This document shows positions 34,918-41,913 of a DNA stretch of 41,913 nt, one piece after another (positions within the stretch are counted from its first letter, which is position 1; every line of letters starts with the position of its first letter). The notes beneath the pieces are model-generated. The model was given only the letters and a program-made list of their open reading frames with translations. It did not search any database and was not told the DNA's origin. Where the stretch lies: NCBI GenBank assembly GCA_964514595.1, contig CAZEQZ010000001.1, forward strand, positions 1-41,913, written 5' to 3'. The position numbers and the translations under genes are program-made. The DNA is from an uncultured Candidatus Saccharibacteria bacterium (GTDB taxonomy: Bacteria; Patescibacteriota; Dojkabacteria; SC72).

Positions 34918-37593
34918 ATGAACTTAGTTAAAACTCACAAGGACAGATTTTTGGCTATAGACGCTAATGCTATAGTGCATAGGGCATTTCACGCATATCC
35001 CCCCACATTGCAAACAGAAGATGGTCTTCAGGTGAATGCAGTATACGGCTTTACTGTAATGCTTCTTTCAGCGTTAAAAACTTTTGATCCTAAATATGTG
35101 GTATGTTCATTTGATACGCATGAGCCAACCTTTAGGCATTTAGAATACGTTGATTACAAGGCGACAAGGAAGCCCACGGATCAGTCCTTGATAGATCAGT
35201 TCCCTCTAGTAGAAGAGATACTTAAAGCATTCAATATTCCTATTATAAAAAAAGATGGCTTTGAAGCGGACGATATCCTTGGAACTATAGCTAAGTATGT
35301 AGATCGGGGCAAGTGGAGTAATGAGAACCTAGAGCTATACATCTTAAGTGGGGACAGAGATCTTCTTCAGCTGGTTAGTGATAACGTTAAGGTATGCCTT
35401 CCTTCTGGAGGTTTTAAAAATTTGATAGATTACGATAGAGAAAAAACATTCTCATATTTAGGTTTATATCCCGAGCAATTAGTAGATTTTAAGGCCATAG
35501 CAGGGGATTCCTCGGACAATATACCAGGAATAAAAGGGATAGGAACCAAAACGGCTCAGGAATTATTGGGGAAGTACGGAGATTTGGATAATATCTACAG
35601 AAATTTAAAGGATGTGAAGCCCAGATATGCCAACTTACTCACGGAGGGAGTAGAGCAGGCAGAGTTAAGTAGGAAATTAGCTAAAATAGAGCAGGAGGTA
35701 GGTTTGGACGTACATTTGGAAGAGTCCCTTATGAGGGACTTTGATAAAAACAGAGTCTTAGAAATATTCAAAAAATATGCCTTTAAATCGTTGATTCCAA
35801 GATTGGACGAAATAAAGGGTAGTGAAAAAGGCAGTTATTCAAGCCAATTAGATATATTTTCTACCAACTCGGAAGAAATAGTATGGTCAGATTGGTCAGA
35901 AATAGGCAAAAAGAGGGGTGATTGTATTAATATGTATATTGCATACATAGGGACGGATGAGTCGGCTACAGGTTTTCCATACATTATGGTCAGAATTGTG
36001 GATAAAGGTGGACAGAAAGAAGATTTCCTAACGAAGGGCGACGGTTCCACGGTGTCGGCCGACTGTGAAACCGCCCTCTATGGCTTGGAAAGTATAGTTT
36101 CACAAACTAAGGGCGTGCAGGACGAAAAAATATATGACATTGGACTATTCTCCCACTTGATAAACTCCGAAAAACGAAGTTATAACCTCAAAGATTTAGC
36201 ATTTGATCATTCCTCTCAAATTCTATCTGAAAAGATATCTCCAACAGATCTCAAAAAAGTTTTGGACAGCTTAGAGGAGATTAGGGAGAGTCAATTGCAA
36301 AAAGCTGATAATATAGAGCTTTATGAATATACTAAATACTGCTTAGAGCAATTTTTAAATATAAAATCACAATACTACCTTAATATCCTCAGAGAAATAG
36401 AGATCCCCATAGCTAAAATCCTTCATAAAATGGAAAGTAGGGGGATAAAGGTAGACATAAGGCATCTAGAATCCTTCGACAAAGCCTTAGGGGATGATAT
36501 AAAGAAAGTTGAGAAAGAAATATATGATTATGTTGGACACGAGTTTAACATAAACTCTCCCAAACAGCTCTCAGACGTCCTTTTTAATGAACTCTCACTA
36601 CCCTCCGCGGGCAAAAAATCCACAAGAGAATCCATACTACAAGAACTAAAGGGGATGCATCCTGCAGTAGAGAAGATATTGGAATACAGAGAATTAAGCA
36701 AGATGTACACAACATACACAACCCCAATTCTGGAAATGGCAAAAGAGGACAAAGAGAATTCGATACATACGGACTTTAAGCAAACAGGCACAACATCTGG
36801 AAGATTCTCTTCATCTAATCCGAATATGCAAAACCTCCCTATACAAGGCAAATGGGCAGAGGAATTAAGAAAATCCTTCATAGCAAGGGAGGGATTCAAA
36901 CTTGTAGGTATGGACTATTCGCAAATAGAGCTGAGAATAATGGCGGATATGTCAAAAGACAACCTATTAATAAAGGACTTTAATGAAGGCTTGGATATAC
37001 ACAGAGCAACAGCATCTAGACTCTTGAATAAGGAGGTAGAGGAGGTTACAAAAAAGGAAAGAAGCCTTGGAAAGACAGTCAATTTCGGGATTCTCTTTGG
37101 ACAAACAGCATTCGGTTTAGCAAGTATGTTGGGCATAGATAGTAAAGAAGCTGCCCAATACATTCAAAGCTACTTTGATACCTACAAAGGGGTTGAAGAG
37201 TATATTAGGAACTTGGAAAAAGAAGCATACAAGAAGGGCTATGTACAAACAATGTTTGGTACAACAAGGCATATAACTGGTCTAAGATCAAAAAACATTA
37301 GAATGCTTAAAGCAGCACAAAGAGAGGCTGTGAATATGCCTATACAGGGAAGCGAGGCGGATATAATGAAATTAGCAATGATTAAGCTGGATGAAATGAT
37401 GGAGGAGGAATTTAAGGAAGAAGCCTTTACGCTACTTCAGATCCACGATGAATTGATATTTGAAGTAAATGAAGGGAGAGTAGTGGATTTCGTAAAAAGA
37501 GCCGAGGATATAATGAAAAATATTGTTTCTTTGGAAGTTCCTTTGGAAGTCAACTCATCTACAGGTAATAATATGTCCGAATTGTTGAAATAA
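34918..37593 (+). CDS. polA: DNA polymerase I
   Basis: 5'-3' exonuclease motifs (RAFHA, YKATR, EADD, GDSSDNIPGIKGIG); polymerase motifs DYSQIELR, KTVNFGILFG and QIHDEL. Start at ATG 34918. Confidence 0.96.
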   Translation: MNLVKTHKDRFLAIDANAIVHRAFHAYPPTLQTEDGLQVNAVYGFTVMLLSALKTFDPKYVVCSFDTHEPTFRHLEYVDYKATRKPTDQSLIDQFPLVEEILKAFNIPIIKKDGFEADDILGTIAKYVDRGKWSNENLELYILSGDRDLLQLVSDNVKVCLPSGGFKNLIDYDREKTFSYLGLYPEQLVDFKAIAGDSSDNIPGIKGIGTKTAQELLGKYGDLDNIYRNLKDVKPRYANLLTEGVEQAELSRKLAKIEQEVGLDVHLEESLMRDFDKNRVLEIFKKYAFKSLIPRLDEIKGSEKGSYSSQLDIFSTNSEEIVWSDWSEIGKKRGDCINMYIAYIGTDESATGFPYIMVRIVDKGGQKEDFLTKGDGSTVSADCETALYGLESIVSQTKGVQDEKIYDIGLFSHLINSEKRSYNLKDLAFDHSSQILSEKISPTDLKKVLDSLEEIRESQLQKADNIELYEYTKYCLEQFLNIKSQYYLNILREIEIPIAKILHKMESRGIKVDIRHLESFDKALGDDIKKVEKEIYDYVGHEFNINSPKQLSDVLFNELSLPSAGKKSTRESILQELKGMHPAVEKILEYRELSKMYTTYTTPILEMAKEDKENSIHTDFKQTGTTSGRFSSSNPNMQNLPIQGKWAEELRKSFIAREGFKLVGMDYSQIELRIMADMSKDNLLIKDFNEGLDIHRATASRLLNKEVEEVTKKERSLGKTVNFGILFGQTAFGLASMLGIDSKEAAQYIQSYFDTYKGVEEYIRNLEKEAYKKGYVQTMFGTTRHITGLRSKNIRMLKAAQREAVNMPIQGSEADIMKLAMIKLDEMMEEEFKEEAFTLLQIHDELIFEVNEGRVVDFVKRAEDIMKNIVSLEVPLEVNSSTGNNMSELLK

Positions 37594-37668
37594 TACGTCG
37601 AGCTTGTACATAAACACTTGGTATATCAATGACTATATGTATTAAGTTAGGAAGATTTAATATACTAT
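37594..37668 (+). repeat. 75-bp conserved non-coding element, copy B
   Basis: Begins immediately after the polA TAA; direct-orientation match to 30626-30700. Confidence 0.85.
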
Positions 37669-37711
37669 CGGCGGGTTTAACAAATTCTCCCCAAAAAGAT
37701 ATAATAAGGTT

Positions 37712-38107
37712 ATGGAAACAAACTCGGAGAGAAAAAGTTCATTATTGTTCAATATAATAACTCTTTTAGGTTTCTTGACAGGCGTATTTTTGATCATGTT
37801 TTTGAAACAGGGGAAGGGTAGAAAAAGTGAACACCCTGTCGGAATGGAAAGTAATTCGAAGGATAGGGTAAAAAGTTCTCCCATAGATACTCCTTCTAAA
37901 ATAGATATGGCAAGATTGAACGGGAGGCAACAAAGAATATTAAGCAGGTTAGGAGAGGAGGGGAGGATGGATCCAAAGGAAATATATGATCTTGCACCAA
38001 ATGTCTCAACAAGGACTATTCGAAGAGATATGGACACGTTAGTCGGTTTGGGTCTTGTGTCTCAAGAAGGATCTACAAAGGCAACAACATATATCTTTAA
38101 AGGCTAA
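37712..38107 (+). CDS. Membrane-anchored DeoR-like winged-HTH protein
   Basis: N-terminal TM, linker, then LNGRQQRIL...VSTRTIRRDMDTLVGLGLV..EG.TK...Y. Confidence 0.8.
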   Translation: METNSERKSSLLFNIITLLGFLTGVFLIMFLKQGKGRKSEHPVGMESNSKDRVKSSPIDTPSKIDMARLNGRQQRILSRLGEEGRMDPKEIYDLAPNVSTRTIRRDMDTLVGLGLVSQEGSTKATTYIFKG

Positions 38108-38111
38108 TACA

Positions 38112-39929
38112 ATGAAAAGCACCACATTCTATGAAGTATGCACGATTTTTGATACTCTTGAGAGTATGTCTTCCCGCAATGACATGACTATCACTCTGTC
38201 TTCCTTCTTTAAAAATTTAAACCAAAAGGATGCTCAAATCCTTTCATATCTGATACAGGGTAGGGTAGCTCCATTATTTGTAAATGCAGAATTTAGCTAT
38301 TCAGAAAAAAGTTTTGTTTCTCTTTTAACAAACATCTCGAAAGTTAATAATCTAGATGAGAATATTTCACAAAAAAGAAAGGAATTTGGGGATATAGGTG
38401 ATACCTTGGAGTATGTTACCAATAAATTAGGATATAAAACGTCTGATATATCATTGGAAAGCCTATATGACTCACTCTGGGAAATAGTTAACACTTCAGG
38501 TACCGGATCGGTAGATAGTAAAAATAGAATAATAACTGGGCTAATGCAGAAAATGTCTCCTTTAGAAGCAAAATATTTGTCAAGAATTGTTTGTGGATCA
38601 CTCAGATTTGGTCTAAATGTTAAAACCCTTTTAGATGTGTTCTCATTTGTGGTGCAGGGAGATAAGGGGTTAAGGGAGGAGTTGGATAGGGCATATGGAG
38701 CATATGCAGATATAGGGTATATATGTTCATTAATAGTAGGGAATGGTAAGGGCGAAGTAGTTAAAAATCTAAGTAAAGTCAATGTAAATCCTGGAATTCC
38801 TGTACTACCTAGATTGGTAGAGAGGGTGCCCTCATTCGAGGAAGTACCAGAAAGGTTGGGTGAATCTTTCTTGGTACAGAGTAAGTATGACGGACTAAGG
38901 TGCCAGATACACAAATTTAAGACAGAAAAGACCCATATGGGTGATTCTGTATGGACAGGGCACATAAAAAGTGATGAAAACGGTCAGCTTTTCTCAGTAG
39001 CCGAGAACGATTGCCAGGTAAGGCTTTTTACTAGAAACTTAGAAGATATAACAGATATGTTCCCAGAGATAGTCGAATCTGCTAAAAGTATGAAGGAGGA
39101 GTCATTTATATTGGATTCTGAGGTATTAGGTTGGGATAATAAGAGAAGTAAATTTCTAACATTCCAAGAGACCATGCAGAGAAGGAGGAAATACGATATA
39201 AAGAATGTAAGTGGTAGTATCCCGGTTAAGGCTATGGCTTTTGACATTCTATATCTTAATGGAGAGGGCTTGTTAAACAAAGATACAGAGCAAAGGATTA
39301 CTATTTTGGGCACACTTAATACATATGGGGGTATAGAGGTGGATGACACAAAGAGGATTGGTAATATTGATGAACTGAAGGAAATTTTCAATGAAAGGAT
39401 AAGCCGAGGGCACGAAGGAGTCATAGTTAAGGGATTAAAAGGTCCCTATTTGCCTGGAGTAAGGAATTACGAATGGATTAAGCTGAAAAAATCAATGGAA
39501 GGCAAATTAGTAGATAGTATTGATCTTGTAGCTGTAGGATATACCTTGGGATCAGGAAGGAGAAAGGATTTGGGAGTAGGGGCAGTATTAGGTGCTCTGT
39601 ATAATGAAGCTAATGATACATTCGAAGCTATTTGTAATGTAGGGACGGGTTTTTCAGATGAGCAATTAAAGGATATATTTAAATCTTTGGAAGGGGATAT
39701 TTTAAAGAATAAGCCTAAAAATGTAAGTGTTGATAAAATACTAAAGCCAGATGTGTGGGTAGAACCTAGAGTTGTATTTACTGTAGAAGCTGATGAAATA
39801 ACTAGAAAGAAGGGTGCAAAGACGCTCTCTCTCAGGTTCCCAAGATTGATCGAATGGGGCAGAGATAAGGGGGTTACGGAAGCTACATCTGTGAAGGAAT
39901 TAGAGGATATGTTTGAGGGTAGGAAATAG
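38112..39929 (+). CDS. ATP-dependent DNA ligase (DBD-adenylation-OB)
   Basis: GDIGD, KYDGLR (motif I), LDSEV, FDIL, EGVIVK, WIKLK, VGTGFSD and SLRFPR. Start at ATG 38112. Confidence 0.94.
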   Translation: MKSTTFYEVCTIFDTLESMSSRNDMTITLSSFFKNLNQKDAQILSYLIQGRVAPLFVNAEFSYSEKSFVSLLTNISKVNNLDENISQKRKEFGDIGDTLEYVTNKLGYKTSDISLESLYDSLWEIVNTSGTGSVDSKNRIITGLMQKMSPLEAKYLSRIVCGSLRFGLNVKTLLDVFSFVVQGDKGLREELDRAYGAYADIGYICSLIVGNGKGEVVKNLSKVNVNPGIPVLPRLVERVPSFEEVPERLGESFLVQSKYDGLRCQIHKFKTEKTHMGDSVWTGHIKSDENGQLFSVAENDCQVRLFTRNLEDITDMFPEIVESAKSMKEESFILDSEVLGWDNKRSKFLTFQETMQRRRKYDIKNVSGSIPVKAMAFDILYLNGEGLLNKDTEQRITILGTLNTYGGIEVDDTKRIGNIDELKEIFNERISRGHEGVIVKGLKGPYLPGVRNYEWIKLKKSMEGKLVDSIDLVAVGYTLGSGRRKDLGVGAVLGALYNEANDTFEAICNVGTGFSDEQLKDIFKSLEGDILKNKPKNVSVDKILKPDVWVEPRVVFTVEADEITRKKGAKTLSLRFPRLIEWGRDKGVTEATSVKELEDMFEGRK

Positions 39930-39966
39930 TTGCAAAGATATAGGAAAACGTCTAAGATATTTCTTA

Positions 39967-41589
39967 ATGAATACGTCTGCCCAGAGGAAAAATTTAACAA
40001 TTCTAATTGTTTTCTTTTTTTTATGTTTGGGTGGTTTGGGATATTGGTATTTCTTCAAATCCAAATGCGCAGAACTTCCTAAAGGAATGGACTTCATGGA
40101 GAGGTTTGTTGTTGTTAATGAGTGTTCTAGAAAGGAGTACAAAGTAAAGGGAATAATCTATAACATAAGGAATCAAGGAATGGAGATGGTTTTTGATTTT
40201 AATGCTTGGGATGCGGAAACAAAAGAGAGTCTTTACTATGAGGATATAGAAGTGGAGAGAAAGTATCTATCTGGGGATTTTGATATGGAGGAGGAGAATT
40301 TCGGAGCGGTGAGTATTGGTATAGTGATTGAGCCTAGGGATTTGGGGGACAAGGTATTTATGGTAGTGGGTGACGACAAAGAGGAGAGTACAAGTGATGT
40401 AGTAAGCCTTAATGTAGATGAATTAAGACTTACAGAGGAGGAGTATAATAATGTTCTTACTCTTGTATATCGAGCTATTGTAGATGGGCCACTTATAGAA
40501 GATTATCAATCTAACTTTGATTCACTGAAAGAGAAGAATTTGGTTTTTACAGAAGTTAGACATAAAAGTTTGTTTGAAGATAATAATCAGCCTCCTTATG
40601 AATATCTAGGAGAACCATATAATGGATATGTGAATAAATTGCTGTATAGGCCGTGGATAATTTCATATGTATATGGTGATATCGAAGCAAAAGAAATATT
40701 AGCAAAAGACATTACAAAAGAGGATATAGTAGAAATGATTGTTGCAGCAAAGGAGATAGATTTATCTACAGAACCTTCTAAGTGTGGTGATGGGGATATT
40801 TCGTGTTATTCCATTGCAGACCCCACAGGAAGGGATAATCCTCCAGTAGACAAAACGGATTACCAAAAATCAAATAGCTTTGCCTGTTTGATGATGTATC
40901 AGATATCTCAAAATATACAACTGAACGATTTTGATATCATTGGTAAATATTGTAATCCGGTGGCTTTTGAAGAAAGTGTTGAAGAGTATATTAAAGAAAC
41001 TGAAATATCCGAAGAATACTCCCTTATAGACTATTTGGGAATCTTGGATCCAGAGGTTTTAACATTAAATGGAGAGGGACGATATAGTCCATTACATTCA
41101 TCTAACACTACAAGTTTACTTGCTGATACATATGGATTACGGAAGTTATATGGAAGTAAAGTAGAAATGGATAACCGTATTGACTTTGTGTTGGACTTTG
41201 TTCTTGCCAGGGGGGCTTTGTTTTTGAAGAACACTTGTGCAATCTCATACTTTGCTAACCTTGTGGCCCAAGAAGGTGATTTCGGGGACAAGGATACATT
41301 GGCTCAAATAGCTACCAATACAGAAGATCTGATCGTTTCTTTATCATCCCAAGTTCTTCGGTTAATAGAAGATGATTATTATGGAGCATTTCTGTGTTTG
41401 GAAGATTATTCAGGGAATCGTGAGAAGGAGTATAGGAAATTGAGCAAAGCGTTATTATTTAAAATTATAACCATAGATCTTTACAATGACGGGGAAAAAT
41501 TAGGACTATGGCAAAACAGAGAATATGATATACGGTTTAATGCAAGGTTTATGAAATTATTTATGGTTAATAAGGGGGGAATGTTATGA
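39967..41589 (+). CDS. Membrane-anchored extracellular hypothetical protein
   Basis: About 540 aa with an N-terminal TM and several Cys pairs; ATG 39967 preferred. Confidence 0.7.
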   Translation: MNTSAQRKNLTILIVFFFLCLGGLGYWYFFKSKCAELPKGMDFMERFVVVNECSRKEYKVKGIIYNIRNQGMEMVFDFNAWDAETKESLYYEDIEVERKYLSGDFDMEEENFGAVSIGIVIEPRDLGDKVFMVVGDDKEESTSDVVSLNVDELRLTEEEYNNVLTLVYRAIVDGPLIEDYQSNFDSLKEKNLVFTEVRHKSLFEDNNQPPYEYLGEPYNGYVNKLLYRPWIISYVYGDIEAKEILAKDITKEDIVEMIVAAKEIDLSTEPSKCGDGDISCYSIADPTGRDNPPVDKTDYQKSNSFACLMMYQISQNIQLNDFDIIGKYCNPVAFEESVEEYIKETEISEEYSLIDYLGILDPEVLTLNGEGRYSPLHSSNTTSLLADTYGLRKLYGSKVEMDNRIDFVLDFVLARGALFLKNTCAISYFANLVAQEGDFGDKDTLAQIATNTEDLIVSLSSQVLRLIEDDYYGAFLCLEDYSGNREKEYRKLSKALLFKIITIDLYNDGEKLGLWQNREYDIRFNARFMKLFMVNKGGML

Positions 41590-41913
41590 AAGTAAAAACT
41601 CCGTTTCTATTTTATTGCCTACTTCTTTTCGGGATTGTACTGTTCTTTGTAATCTTCCCATTTAACAATTCTAACAGTGGTATTGTATATGCTGATTGTT
41701 GTTGTGGTGGTGGTGCATGGTGTGCAGATTGCTGGGAAGATACAAATAGAACATTTTGTGGGGGAAGTAGTTGTACCCCAGGGACCTGTAAGGGATGTAC
41801 TCCTTCAACCCCAGAAGGATATACTGCTACAAACAATGGATGTGCAGTTACAACGGTAAATACATGTAGGGGAAGTAATGGGTGTGATCCTTGTACTGTA
41901 AGAAAAACCTTCT
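41586..41913 (+). CDS. Secreted Cys-rich protein, 5' part only
   Basis: Not in the ORF track. ATGA overlap with the upstream gene; MKVKTPFLFY...IVYA-DCCCGGGAWCADCW...CGGSSCTPGTCKGC...CDPC, open to the window end. Confidence 0.75.
   Translation, partial: MKVKTPFLFYCLLLFGIVLFFVIFPFNNSNSGIVYADCCCGGGAWCADCWEDTNRTFCGGSSCTPGTCKGCTPSTPEGYTATNNGCAVTTVNTCRGSNGCDPCTVRKTF

Noticed and set aside
35850-36300. Degenerate 3'-5' exonuclease region of PolA as a novelty
   Set aside because: Loss of proofreading motifs in PolA is common in many bacteria.
30544-37668. Integrated element at tRNA-Ile mobilised by the recombinase
   Set aside because: No duplicated tRNA 3' end was seen, and the cargo would be core genes (efp, ftsH, polA, Met tRNAs).
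410-41859. Many antisense or overlapping ORFs in the track (e.g. 410-631, 5006-5752, 11960-12580, 22804-23529, 38297-38965, 41612-41836)
   Set aside because: They are shadows of well-supported genes on the other strand or frame and carry no recognisable motifs.
1-41913. CRISPR array, rRNA, IS/transposase, prophage
   Set aside because: No repeat-spacer periodicity, rRNA-like tract, transposase or phage structural motifs were seen.
1-41913. Alternative genetic code (UGA = Gly/Trp)
   Set aside because: Long conserved genes are uninterrupted in code 11, and TGA ends several genes at sensible positions, including ATGA overlaps.

Overview
AT-rich bacterial chromosomal window in the standard genetic code, with a Patescibacteria/CPR-like gene set. 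That lineage call is an inference from content: a tandem VirB2-like pilin array, a stand-alone VirD4/VirB4-like ATPase, an ATP-dependent DNA ligase, and many starts with a -10 box but no Shine-Dalgarno. Bases 1-11.2 kb are almost all minus strand: a partial 2H-phosphoesterase, a type IV pilus operon (major pilin, PilB, PilC, four minor pilins including a 638-aa pilin/beta-propeller fusion, prepilin peptidase), a pacifastin-like protein, pterin dehydratase, cupredoxin, DUF1295 and DUF2177. From 11.3 kb the genes are almost all plus strand: an ArsR/thiol-redox cluster, a FecR-domain protein, nfo, a UvrD-nuclease fusion, five VirB2-like pilins, DgkA, a SpoIID/LytB protein, smpB, the T4SS-like ATPase, FtsB/DivIC, efp, ftsH, polA, a membrane-anchored winged-HTH and the DNA ligase; a Xer-like recombinase and tRNA-Ser lie on the minus strand. 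Four tRNAs are present: Ser(GCU), Ile(UAU), fMet(CAU) and Met(CAU). The most striking unexplained signal is a 75-bp non-coding element present twice (30626-30700 and 37594-37668) with fixed-spacing conserved blocks, next to the recombinase and the wHTH gene. Other highlights are the rare tRNA-Ile(UAU), the VirB2/SpoIID/ATPase cluster, a His-x13-His mini cytochrome-b-like peptide beside a cupredoxin, and an in-frame stop that separates a Cys-Cys tail in the ArsR cluster. All calls are from motif recognition by eye; no searches were run.
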